The position numbers and the translations under genes are program-made. A stretch of 63,006 nucleotides of DNA, counting the filler, from Octopus bimaculoides (Eukaryota): NCBI RefSeq assembly GCF_001194135.2. It is 5 parts of 4 records of this genome, joined end to end, with 100 filler letters (N's around TTAATTAATTAA, not from the genome) between each part and the next. Parts side by side here need not be neighbours in the genome. Positions count along the whole stretch, not along the records: positions 41,474 to 50,774 come from NC_068998.1; positions 50,875 to 60,912 come from NC_068990.1; positions 61,013 to 63,006 come from NC_068985.1; 2 more parts are not named here. One strand, 5' to 3'. Under the pieces are notes generated by a model. It ran no database searches and was not told where the DNA came from. It saw only the letters and a program-made list of their open reading frames with translations. Positions 49,690 through 62,953 of the stretch are shown one piece after another (position 1 is the stretch's first letter; each line of letters opens with the position of its first letter).

Positions 49690-50223
49690 NNNNNNNNNNN
49701 NNNNNNNNNNNNNNNNNNNNNNNNNNNNNNNNNNNNNNNNNNNNNNNNNNNNNNNNNNNNNNNNNNNNNNNNNNNNNNNNNNNNNNNNNNNNNNNNNNNN
49801 NNNNNNNNNNNNNNNNNNNNNNNNNNNNNNNNNNNNNNNNNNNNNNNNNNNNNNNNNNNNNNNNNNNNNNNNNNNNNNNNNNNNNNNNNNNNNNNNNNNN
49901 NNNNNNNNNNNNNNNNNNNNNNNNNNNNNNNNNNNNNNNNNNNNNNNNNNNNNNNNNNNNNNNNNNNNNNNNNNNNNNNNNNNNNNNNNNNNNNNNNNNN
50001 NNNNNNNNNNNNNNNNNNNNNNNNNNNNNNNNNNNNNNNNNNNNNNNNNNNNNNNNNNNNNNNNNNNNNNNNNNNNNNNNNNNNNNNNNNNNNNNNNNNN
50101 NNNNNNNNNNNNNNNNNNNNNNNNNNNNNNNNNNNNNNNNNNNNNNNNNNNNNNNNNNNNNNNNNNNNNNNNNNNNNNNNNNNNNNNNNNNNNNNNNNNN
50201 NNNNNNNNNNNNNNNNNNNNNNN

Positions 50224-50254
<31 letters not shown>

Positions 50255-50733
50255 GTCTATCTGCATGTTTTCGTTCCTGGCTTAACAACAATCAATAGTG
50301 AAAAAAACAAACAAAAAAATAACACAGAAAAGCTATAACGACCACAACAATATTAACGGTACCGAGACTCGGAATATCAACAGACCTGACTGTATCGAGA
50401 AGAAAATATATATATACATACGCACGAACACACACATACACGCACACACGTACACACACACACACGCTCGCACTCATATATATATATATATATATAAACG
50501 TACATATGTCCGTCCGTACGTACGTACGTTCGTGCGCGCATGCAACAAACGCGGCAATCACAGTTACAAAAGCCCACATTACAACTAAAGCAAATATAAT
50601 TACAGTCACAGCAGCGTAGCTTCTACGTGGTCGGTCGATTTACCAGAAATAGCAACCAAATCTCCCCTTCGAATCGTAACCTTACTGCCGTAATTATGGG
50701 AAGGATACTTTAAATATTTACGCTGCCAGTCCG

Positions 50734-50774
<41 letters not shown>

Positions 50775-50874
50775 NNNNNNNNNNNNNNNNNNNNNNNNNN
50801 NNNNNNNNNNNNNNNNNNTTAATTAATTAANNNNNNNNNNNNNNNNNNNNNNNNNNNNNNNNNNNNNNNNNNNN

Positions 50875-50949
<75 letters not shown>

Positions 50950-51133
50950 GTACATATATATATAATATATATATATATGTAAATATATATATATAATATA
51001 TAGAGAGAGAAAGAGAGAGAAAGACTAGGGGGAATAGATAGATATACGTATAGGCAGAGTGGCAAGGAGAGAGGCTTTTATATTCATCGATGATGTCAAT
51101 GCTCCCGAGAAGTTAAATGTCGTGTGTATATAC

Positions 51134-51171
51134 ACGCACTGACGAAGGCACCTGCCAGCGCACGTCTGTGT
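51134..51171 (+). ncRNA. Degenerate minimal hammerhead (GAAA segment lost)
   Basis: ACGCA CTGACGA A GGC-ACCT-GCC AGCGCAC GTC TGTGT: stems I and II, the CUGACGA core and the GUC triplet are present, but GAAA is missing. Confidence 0.55.
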
Positions 51172-51318
51172 TTTTTATATATGTACAAAAATATGTTTAT
51201 ACATAGAAATACATACATACATATATTTATATATTTATACATATACGTGTGTGTTGATGTATATACTTATAAATATATATATATATTATATATACATATT
51301 AAGTATTCACTCTCTTTC

Positions 51319-51380
<62 letters not shown>

Positions 51381-52336
51381 CATATTTATATATATAGAGA
51401 TTGAAAGAAAGAGAGAAAGAGACAGGCATACCAATAGACAGACTGGTTGAGAGAGAGAGAGAAAGAGGGAGGGAGATGGAGACTTTGTTTTCATCTACAA
51501 TGCCAATGCTTCCGAGAAGTTAAATGACGTGTGTATAAAACAAATTAAGCAGAACTAATGAAACCTCATGAAAACAGAACGCTACAGCCTGAAATTCAAT
51601 CTAATTTACTAATTTAACACTGTCGTAATTAGTTTAGTGCCTAATAGTTTCCAAAAATCTTTGACAAGTTGTCTTTTCTGTAGATGTAATATTATAGATA
51701 TCTATTAGTTGAGTATTTATCTTTAGCAGAACGTTCGATTTGTAGAACTATGAGAGAGTATTATCGGTCGAACATCTATTTCATCTCAATCATTATGTGA
51801 AAATGACTATGAGAAAGAAGGAAATTGAACCGATATTGAATTTTTTTTTTATTTGAGTATTTTTGTATTGATAATTTTATCAGTATATTTTGTTAAGATA
51901 CAGACAGAAAGAAATGTAGAGCAGTATGTGAGACACAGAAGATTGACTGAAGCGATACAGTGTCATAATTTTAAGATGAGTTCGAATGGTTCATAGAGCA
52001 CCAGACAGTCGTGTATGCTTTGTTTTGCTTTAGCTTATCTCGTTTAATCAGCCTTCACATTACAGCTTTAATCCTTGTCAGTTGAAAAGCAGAATCAACA
52101 AAGATGAACACATACATACACATACCCGTGTGTTTGTACATATTCTTGTGCATCATTTATATATGTATGCATATTCACATAACCTCACACACACACACAC
52201 ACACACACGCATATATTCATTTATTTCCTATATATTTGTATATATATATTTAAATATGTGCGTATGTATAACTATATCTATCTATCTTATCTCTGTATCT
52301 ATCTATCTGTCTTATAAATCCATCTATCTATCTATA

Positions 52337-55300
52337 TGGACCTCAAAGCAAGAGCAATTTTCCTGGACCCGGGGGGTAGGCATCATGGATGTCGATGGCA
52401 GCAATGGGTGTGCCTTTCGACTGATAAAAGTTTATGCACAGTCCTTAACAGGTCGGTCAGATTTCTTTCGACGTCTAGAGGTTTTCCTGCGAACGTCTCC
52501 TTTACTTTTAGTGGGGGATTGGAACACTACCCTGGACACGAATCTGGACTACTTGAGCAGAGATATTAATAGGAGGGGATGTAAATACCTCAAAGACCTG
52601 CTCAGCTGTTTCCAACTGTCTGACAGTTACCGATTAGACCACCCCAATTTGCCAATGTGGACATGGAGCAACCGCATCGGGTTGTCCGGATCGTATTTAG
52701 ATAGAATATTCTGTAGGGTAGTGGGCAAGAATAGTGTAGGTTGTCCACAATTCCATATAGTCAGCTACACAGATCACAAATTCGTGACTTGTACACTTTA
52801 CGTAGATACGACACTGGCAGGGTCCCGGTTACTGGAAGCTGAACGCGTCGTTCGCTGCACGCTAAGCTTACAAGGACTGGATTAGCCCATTAATTAAGAA
52901 AGCATTGACGGGTGCCATCGTCAACAACAGATGGTGGTATGCCCTAAATGAAGCCATTAAAGCAGAATCGGTTAGGTACAGGAAGGTCCAAGCATTAGAC
53001 CGAAATAGAATAGGAGTCCTAGTTAAGAAATCAGAAGAGGTACTTAGAACTGGCTCGTGTCCAACATACTGGCAGCAAGGTTGACTCTCGACCAACACTT
53101 CAACGCCAAACACGAAGGATGCATTGCCAGAGTTTGGAAGCGTGCTCTGAGGAACGAAGGAGTTGGAGCGGTCCAAGAGGCCAGAGTGGTGGAGGCGCAA
53201 CGAGGCAACAAAGCCACCATTAGGTCCCTGACAGATGAACATGGCCGCGAATTACTAGAGCCTGATAGCATGTGTAAGGCCTTACAACAACACTTTGCCC
53301 GACTGTTCGGGATAACTGGTGGGTCAGAACGCAGAGTGGACTTTAGTGCCTACCTGCATAGCCTGCCACGACTCCCGGCAAGAGAGGCGGAGTGTTGTGA
53401 AAGACCCATCACAGCCGCGGACGAACGGGATGCGATGGCAAGTTGCGCGGGAGACAAGTCAGTGTTGAAGGGTTTGCCCTACGAACTTTATTTTCATATG
53501 CCAGACTTGTTTGGAGGCGTCTTCGCAGCTGTCTACTGCAAGTGACAGCAAAACGGGAATATCCCCGTCTCTGTAAAGTGAGGAGTGGTGGCAGTGCTTA
53601 AGAAAAATCCAAATTAGGGGAACGTCATAGATAACTTGAGGCACATCACTCTGCTCAACGGCGATTTGAAGATTTTGGCCAAGATGTTAGCCGAGAGGTT
53701 GGGGCTTGTCATCGAGAAACTGGTAGGCAAGGCGCCAAGGTGCTCCGTGCCGCGTAGGAGTATCCATGACAACCTCCATCTGATGCGCTACATCATAGAC
53801 AGGGTAGTTAAAGAACCTGGCATGGGTGGGGCGCTGATTAATTTGGATTAGTCAAAAGCTTTCGATAGGGTAGACCATTACTAATTGGAGGCTGTCCTTA
53901 GAGCGGCTGATTTCGGTCCCAACATCCGCGGTTGGATCGCTGCCTTATACAACGGCATCCGCTCGATAATTCGCGTAAATGGTCATCTGTCCAGACCATT
54001 TAACAGCATGTGTTCGATTCGTGAAGGACGCTTCTTCTCGTCACTTCTGTACGTATTGACTCTTGAGTCACAACCGCAGAAGCTGGCGACGCTGAGGGGC
54101 ATCCCACAAGACCTAGGATGCGGGAGGAGCGTGTCTGCATATGCAGACGACTTCACCGTCATAGTGTCGAGCCACAGGCATATCGACCTGGTCGGCGAGT
54201 TACTATAAGAATACGAAGCGGTAACAAGAGCAAAAATTAACCGGCAAAAGTCAGTGGGCTTGCGGCTCGGCACCGGGAGAAGCAAGCCCATGCCGTCCAA
54301 AAGCGTCTCCATCGTGGGAATCTGGACCGACGGACCGGTTGGTCCGCTCAGAGTCTGGTTCGGTTAGGACCTCCAATTGGAGAAGAACTGGGGCAAGATA
54401 ACGACTAGGGTGGCCACTCTCACCCAGCAATGGGCCGAGAGGAAGCTATCCCTGAAAGGTGGAGTGGAGGTGGCAGACGCGTACATCGCATCCGTCAAAG
54501 AATACCGCCTGACCGTTGTGCCTTGCCCTGACCCTACAATCACCAAACTGGACCTAAATGGAGGGCTAGGCATGCCGTGGTTGATGATGCACAGACGTGC
54601 GCTGAGACTGCGGCATCTCCGGCGCTTCATAGACGACGGTGAACAGGTATGGTTACTGTTTGCGAGGCGCGCTTTCCCGCAGCTCGCCTCTTTGGCAGAA
54701 CTGCAGTCCTGGATCTTCAAACAGAGACCGAAGGTAGGCGACTGACACCGCGAGTGCCACCTTGCTCTCAAGCAACTCTGCTGTCCGAGACCAAACTTGT
54801 GCGACTTCAGTTCCACAAAGGAGTTCTATAGAGGATTAGTGGAGGGGAGGTGCGACGATGTTCTCGGGCAGAATCTGGGCGTCGACGAGTAATACCTGAC
54901 CCGTCTGTACAGGACAACTTTCGGGCCGGGAATATGGACAATCACCAGAGATCCCTGGCCTGGCAGTGCTATCGAGAAGCATTACCAGTTCGAGATAAGC
55001 TCTACAGTCACTGTTTGAGACACACCAGACCGACTTGCCCGAGAGCGAAGAAATCGTTCTGCACGCACTTGTGCAGTGTCCAGCTATTTTGGACCCGTGG
55101 GCTTATGCCGAACGGCTGCTGTCACTTGTGGTGCGAGTCCGCCTGTCGGCCGAGTCTGTTGTGGACATTGCTCCGTCACCTTCCCTTAACTGGAAAGGCA
55201 AGGCAGTGTTCATCATACTGGTGGCAATGGTGAAAGAATGTATGTGGTGGACTCGAGCGAAAGGTTTAGAGACAAACACTTACCTCTCTGGTCAATCGCT

Positions 55301-55755
55301 CATCAACTTTTTAAAGTACCACTTGAAAAGGAAGGTGTGAATAGAGTGGCAAGTTTTGTCCCGTGAAAGTTTCAATAAAAACGTGGGTGAACGTAGCAAA
55401 GATGGTGCGTGCGAGTGACGAAACCACTTTGATCATGATCCTGTAAATCTAAAAAAGAGAGAGACAGAACACTTTGCTCTCACGTTTTTATTATTTCCCT
55501 GTCTGAGGTTACGTGGTCTTTTCCGTAAGCTTTCCTTTCCACGGATTCCACGGATAAACCTAATGTTGCTTTTTACAGTTTTAAATTTATCATGTGATAC
55601 ATGATCCCTTTTGATTGTTTTTTTCCTTTTTTCTTCTCACGATCCATTTTGATCGTAATTTTATTTTTCTCCTCTTTTTTCTATTTTCGAAAAGAAAAGT
55701 TCTGCATTGTATTTTGTTCCCTATGTGTCCGGCCCTGTGTGGCTAATAAAGAAAC
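52337..55755 (+). mobile_element. 5'-truncated L1/Tx1-like LINE (~3.4 kb): APE endonuclease C-half, RT, C-terminal zinc finger, 3' UTR; ORF2 broken
   Basis: APE: LIKVYAQ, LLVGDWN, WTWSN, SYLDRIF, SYTDHKFV. RT: ITLLNGDLKILAK, RSIHDNL, INLD*SKAFDRVDH, SAYADD. C-terminus: LAWQCYREALP. ORF2 ends ~55446; AATAAA at 55745; (TATC)n on both sides. Confidence 0.9.
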
Positions 55756-55875
55756 TTATCTACCTATCTATCTATCTATCCATCTGTTCATCTATCTACT
55801 TATTTGTCTATCTATCTATCTACTATATCTATCTATATACTTTATCTATCTATTATATCTATCTATCTATCTATC

Positions 55876-56008
<133 letters not shown>

Positions 56009-56300
56009 GTCCATCTATCTACTTATCTATTTCTCTATAAGACAATTCAAAATCACAAAAAGTGAGTGATACAGGATTTATCTCATTCATTCTCTCTCTC
56101 TCTCACTTTTCCTCCTTTAGATTAATTACTATGTTCCCTTCACCATTGTTATTCTCCGAATTTCAGGAGATCGCTGAGGTTAGCTTTATACCCTTAACTC
56201 AAATGGTGTCTTCTCATTTGCTGGAAGGCTACCGACGATTGCACAGAGATATATTTTTACACTTTAACAGGGCGCATATAAAATTATGACGGCAATTCAT

Positions 56301-56344
<44 letters not shown>

Positions 56345-59300
56345 ACACACACACACATATACTCACACAGACATACACACTCTGATAGACATATATATGT
56401 ATATATGGATGCGTATGTATGTTTGTGTTGTGTGTGTGTATGTGTGTGTGTGCGTGTACAGTAATTGCCGGCATAATTCTATATGCACCCTGTTAAAGTG
56501 TAGAAAAATATTTTGTATATTATTTCTTCAGTGTTCAGCAATAAGTATAATGATTGCTTTTAAATACTCAATATATCGACCACTTAACACCGGCCATTTC
56601 GTTTATTACTGAACATCGAAGACGTAAATGAAAAGATTATATAAATTTTCAACATTGATTATGTAATCATGAAGGTAATTTGCCGAATCGCGTGCATGTT
56701 GTATTGCGCATTAACTACAAACCTGCTTTCTGTATCGATCCAAGTGTGTATATCAGACTTGAAATTATTTCGTTGATTTCTTATTATCGAATATTTAAAG
56801 AACTTTATAATTTAAAAGATCGAATATATATGCTATCTACTTTTACACTACGAACCCCACAAAATTACGTTCACAAAGTATTTGGTTAATTCGAAGTTAC
56901 AATCTAATTTACTTCAAAAATATCAGTTCTGAAATAGCAGTTCATCCACCTATGTCAATGTGTTTCCCAGTGTTTCACTGGTGTCCAGTTAGATGACATT
57001 CAAAATCAAGTATTTTCACATGAAAACAGAATAGAGAGAGAATACGAGAACAATATTGCTGGAGATGAGACCTCCTTATCTAGAAACTCGAAAGGCTTGC
57101 TTCTGCACCATTCAAAAATATATCACATTTTCTTGAAATAAACCTCAGTTCTTTCAAATACTTTGCTAATGTGCTTTCTTATAAAATTGCTAGAAAAATA
57201 ACGTAAGAGAAGGAGAAAGTTCGAAGAAACACAGTAGCTGTGATGAGCATAAATATATAAAGATTTGATGTTGATATGGGACAGCATTCTAAATATTTAG
57301 AAGATTTGCTGAAATGCAGTTATGATTTGTTCCCAAACTATTTAGATGACTTTAATGACAACTACGTACATACATATATATGTATATATATATATATATA
57401 TNNNNNNNNNNNNNNNNNNNNNNNNNNNNNNNNNNNNNNNNNNNNNNNNNNNNNNNNNNNNNNNNNNTATACATATATATGCATATATATATATGTATGG
57501 TGTATGTGCGTGTGTGCGTGTGTATGTGCTCGCATCTGCTGAAGGACAGTGGTCATGTTGGAGAACTGCCAATAAATACATATATGCGTGCATGCAAATG
57601 TTTATATTCATATGAGTGTTTGTGTATATCTGTTTCTGTGTGCAACTTATAATTAGATACACATTCTTTTCCCACTGGTTGGTAGTCACATTCTCTTTCT
57701 TTCATTCTCTTTCTTTCATTTTCTTCCTCTTTTTCTCTTTCTCTCTCTCTCTCTCCCTCGCTCTCTCATCCCTCCATATTTTCTCTACGTTTTCCTTACT
57801 ATATCAGAATTATTAACAGTTGATGAAGTCGAATAAAATAAGTGTCATTTCAAGGTTCATTTCCCAGCACAAATATGTTCAATTACGCGATTCAAATGAA
57901 AGAATATCTATATATGTGTGAGCATGCGCGCGTGTTCATATATCTGTATATATGTACGTAGAGAGATAATTGATTAATTGTGACGCTATACAATAAATTT
58001 ATGACTTCCTCCTCACCCTTAAGGACACTTCACGCTCAATGTGCTGTTTGACGTACCTCCATTGATAATCCAGTTGAATAATGATATTCATGTAAAAACA
58101 ACTGATAATGTTAGGTTGTAATTAATTGATTGTAAGGTCACAGTTGGTAGAACACGATTTCAGTACCATTGTATTGCTAGCGAGAAAATTTGGGCTCATG
58201 TAGCATTGTTAAAACCGAAGAATACACAATTATACTTCATATAATCGTCGACCAGACAATGATAAATATATAACTACATTTGTACGAATGACGTCAATGC
58301 TGAGTAAATATATTTTACACACACATAATGCAGAGTTGGATGAGGGTTTTTTTTCCAGGCAACAGGCTTCAAAGATACATGAAGGTAAACTGCTTACAAA
58401 AGTGATTTTGAGCATTGATTGAATTAGATTTAATACTTGAAGAAACATAATAAATGACATTGTCAAAATAATCTTTTTAAGTGCGTCCATTGCAGCCATA
58501 AGAAACTGAATCGCTTGTGCACCAGAAAAACAACAAAGATAGTGAATCATATTTACTCAGTTTCCAATGAAGTTTTCTGTCCTAAATGACCTAGTCTTTA
58601 TAGGTTTAAATAGATGTAATAACTGCACGTCAACACAAAGAAGAGTGGTGTTCCAAAATTGCAAAGTGGTGCCTCATCTGAGATTAGTTGGCGAAGTTGA
58701 TTCATTCCCAATTAAGCTTTCAGTAACGTCTTCTTGTAATACTTAATGATGAGATGCGCTACTTCTCCGAAATAAAATAATGCCAGAAACAGTCAAAGTT
58801 TATATTAATGCAATCAATTTTCAATACATAACTAGTAAAACACTTTTACAAATTGAACTTAGGAAGTTTTAATAATTTTCTCATATAATTTGGAAGATGT
58901 TTTCATAGAAACTTCATTTTGTTTCTCAAATTAAGAAAAAAAAAAGGTATTCCAAATCTTAATACAAAATATATTGGAAACAGTTTAAGTTTATTTTGTA
59001 AATCTTAAGTTTGTAATCTTTATACATTTCCCTATTACATAAGATTTGTAAACAGAGACATTTTTGTTATTAATTCGGCTTGAATTTATTGAATATTTTA
59101 CTGCCACACCTATATGTTCCATACTATACGTTAATAGAAAAAGCAATTCTTTATTTTATTTGAAACACTTTCTGTCTGTTTTTCGTAATTTTCTGACTAA
59201 TCTGATTTCTCTTTCCATTTCACTTAAATTCTCCAAGTGATTAGTTTTAGCTAACCCATACTCGGACAAACTACGCGCTTCACATGTCAAAGTTGATTAT

Positions 59301-59569
59301 GACGTCGTCTACATATGCCATGAGTTTATAAAATCCGATTCACCGGCAGAAGTGAACTATCTACCATGTTCATTTACTTGCTGCCTATTCCATGATGTAT
59401 TTTAATTCACGATGCAAAGAAAACAAATATTGTCTAGTTGGTGTTGCATTTGTTATTGCGCAGCCCAAAATCATATCCATGACCAAAACAATAGACAAAG
59501 ATCGATTCAATTTTCTTTAATATATCTGTATGTATGCCTGTGTATGCATACATGCATAGACACACACGC

Positions 59570-59600
<31 letters not shown>

Positions 59601-59867
59601 TGTTTATATACATACATATATAAGTACATATACATATATACATACAAATGCATATATANNNNNNNNNNNNNNNNNNNNNNNNNNNNNNNNNNNNNNNNNN
59701 NNNNNNNNNNNNNNNNNNNNNNNNNNNNNNNNNNNNNNNNNNNNNNNNNNNNNNNNNNNNNNNNNNNNNNNNNNNNNNNNNNNNNNNNNNNNNNNNNNNN
59801 NNNNNNNNNNNNNNNNNNNNNNNNNNNNNNNNNNNNNNNNNNNNNNNNNNNNNNNNNNNTATATATA

Positions 59868-60110
59868 TACAACAACAGACGAGGACAGGTGGTGTAAATA
59901 ACAAAAGAATAATATTAGTATGACGCTAGGGAATACGGAAAGTCTTTGACGTTTCGAGCTACGCTCTTCAACAGAAAGAATACGGAGACAAGGAGAAAAA
60001 CACGGAGAAAAAAAATTGAATAATGTCCAGTCAACGGTCAGTTTATTAATTCGTTTTGAAAGATTCCCTATGGAAAATCGCGTGTTGAAACCGATATTGT
60101 TGTATTTCGG
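59868..60110 (-). mobile_element. PLE pseudo-LTR / terminal repeat carrying a hammerhead
   Basis: Contains the PLE-type hammerhead signature (gacgtttcg...cttcaacag on the plus strand) and matches the fragment at 44100-44160; abuts (TA)n. Confidence 0.7.
59943..59979 (-). ncRNA. Minimal type I hammerhead with non-canonical core CUGUUGA (A6U); cleavage between 59948 and 59947
   Basis: Minus strand TCTTT CTGTTGA A GAGC-GTA-GCTC GAA AC GT C AAAGA: perfect 5-bp stem I, perfect 4-bp stem II, loop-less palindromic stem III (ACGT). Confidence 0.7.
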
Positions 60111-60289
60111 GACGGTCAATTTTTTTTGCCAAATAAACACACACACTATATACTATTTCTTCACTCGTTTATTACTGTTCTTATTTTATTATGTTAACTC
60201 ATGTCAACCTAAGGATACACATCTTAGAAGAACAGAATGGAATAAGTGGAGGAAGAGCACAAGAAAACGAAAAGTGTTGCTGAAGAGGT

Positions 60290-60620
60290 GACAGATGTAT
60301 GACGAAAGATTTCCAATAGGAACTGCATGGCATGTAGTATACAGTATAAGATGCATAGAAAATGCTTGTAAAGACATGAACATGACAAACGTATTGGAGA
60401 CATCTAGTAGCATTGCGGAACGACTAAATGAACATTTGAGATAATATGACGACAAAAAACAGTCCTCCATAGTCTACCAACATGCCAATGACTAACAGGG
60501 ACGCAACCTGGGTCAACCTGACATTCGCATGTTATCCATGCACCCAAAGGACCCAACACTCAGACAAATACGGGAGTACGTCCTCACAAAGGGAAACTTC
60601 CCTAATACTAAATAGGAAAT
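60290..60620 (+). mobile_element. Penelope-like GIY-YIG endonuclease remnant
   Basis: GTAWHVVYSIRCIENACK...ETSSSIAERLNEHLR*YDDKKQSSIVYQHA ... LRQIREYVL..LNRK matches VVYxIxC..YIGETxR..ERxxEH..H..RKIxE..LNR. Confidence 0.7.
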
Positions 60621-61012
60621 ATACATAGTAGATATCATACCCCCATACCCACACTTTACACAGGTAGAGTAGAATGGATAGTGGGCTGTTATGTAGATGT
60701 ATGCATGTGTGTATGTGCGTGTGTGGGGTTGTATGTATATATGTATGTGCACATGTATGTAAGCATATGGATCTGAAAGTAAACAGATCAACATACAGGC
60801 CGATATGTACATAGGTTATATGAACAGACAAGCACAATAACGCAAATGAAGACTGAAACACTTGACTATATATACACACAAACTAAGCTTTACACAAGGA
60901 CACATATGTAGGNNNNNNNNNNNNNNNNNNNNNNNNNNNNNNNNNNNNNNNNNNNNTTAATTAATTAANNNNNNNNNNNNNNNNNNNNNNNNNNNNNNNN
61001 NNNNNNNNNNNN

Positions 61013-61054
<42 letters not shown>

Positions 61055-61058
61055 ACAT

Positions 61059-61105
<47 letters not shown>

Positions 61106-61229
61106 CATGTACATCTATGCATATGCATACATATGCGGGTGTGCACGTATGACTATGTGCGCGCTCGAATGTTTGTTTACATTTTTTTGATCGATGAAAT
61201 CATTTTATTGAATGTAACATATATAGCTA

Positions 61230-61266
<37 letters not shown>

Positions 61267-61787
61267 GAGAGAGAGAGATGGGGAAGAGAAAGTGATAATT
61301 TATGATAAAAATTCAATTTCATTTTCATTAAAATATTGATGAATTCAGAGCCTGCAGTTTCGCCTGCGATTAGTCGTTTCTGATCATCACTCGCTTTTGT
61401 TGTTTTACTCTTCTCTCCCCCGCCTTTAAACGGTATCCGCCTGCTTTAGTATCTCTCACTTACACCCACTCCCACTTCGATTGTTGCTTTACTATTCTTT
61501 GCATACAGCGTGACCGACAGGTCCACACTAAGCGTTTTATTATAGAAGACTAGCCTGTCGCGTGCCGTCAAAAACGACTGCTAATTGTAATATTTTATAT
61601 ATAAATAAGGTACAAAATAAGGTACATAATAATTACAGATACAAATATTCACATACTTCCCTTGTACACACACATACACGCATATACTCACACAGAGTTG
61701 AAACGCTGTTTGATTTTTCGTTTCAGCGTTGAACGTTCACCATCCCACTTCTACTGCACACACACACACACACACACACATGCGCGT

Positions 61788-61820
<33 letters not shown>

Positions 61821-62297
61821 TTCACATACCTCCCTTTTTACATACATATACTCACACAAAGTTGCAAAGTTGTTTGATTTTTTTCACCCCTTCCTTCCTT
61901 ATTCATCCTTTCTCATTCATATGATGTGACGGAGAAAGACACAAAAGTATTATTATAGTAGATAATTGTGTATGTGTGTGTGTGTGTGTGNNNNNNNNNN
62001 NNNNNNNNNNNNNNNNNNNNNNNNNNNNNNNNNNNNNNNNNNNNNNNNNNNNNNNNNNNNNNNNNNNNNNNNNNNNNNNNNNNNNNNNNNNNNNNNNNNN
62101 NNNNNNNNNNNNNNNNNNNNNNNNNNNNNNNNNNNNNNNNNNNNNNNNNNNNNNNNNNNNNNNNNNNNNNNNNNNNNNNNNNNNNNNNNNNNNNNNNNNN
62201 NNNNNNNNNNNNNNNNNNNNNNNNNNNNNNNNNNNNNNNNNNNNNNNNNNNNNNNNNNNNNNNNNNNNNNNNNNNNNNNNNNNNNNNNNNNNNNNNN

Positions 62298-62346
<49 letters not shown>

Positions 62347-62953
62347 AGAGAGGAGAGAGAAAGACAGATAGATAAATAGGGAGAGAGAAACTAATAAAAT
62401 AAATACAATTTACGATTAAAAAAATTCGGAGTTTATCAGCGTCCTTCTCACTCCTTCTCACTCTCACTTTGCTTATTGTTTTACTCATCTTTCTATGCTC
62501 GTGTCGGAGCAAAACCTTTAAATGCTGTTGCCTGCTTTAGCATCTGTCACTGTCACCAACTCCCACTTTGCTGTTGTTTTTCCTACTAGTTTCGTAGTAA
62601 AATCTTTAAATGCTTCCACTTCCACCTCACCTGTTGTTTTACTCTTCGCTTTATTATATTAGGTAATTCACTTCTCTCGGAACCTGCCCCTCGCGTGTTC
62701 CGAAGTATATTATGAAGCGTATATTCAATATAATGTGCGTTTCTAAATTAGCCCAAGGGCTGATGATATATACTCAGTTGATGATATACTCAATTAATTG
62801 CATACATAACCTTAATACCTTTCTGCCAGTACTTTTGTACCAATGTTGTATCCGTCTATAGTTGCTGCATATGCATTTTAATTTTGCCCCAACCCGGTGG
62901 TGCTTCACCATTAATTTACCTTATTCACCTCAATATTTATATATGTGTGTGTA

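Noticed and set aside
58230-58550. 106-aa hydrophobic minus-strand ORF resembling a membrane protein
   Set aside because: Hydrophobicity is expected from T-rich sequence; no family motif and no coherent splice sites.
60277-60312. CTGAAGA...GAAA hammerhead-like spacing
   Set aside because: Stem II and stem I do not pair, and the segment lies at the edge of PLE endonuclease coding sequence.
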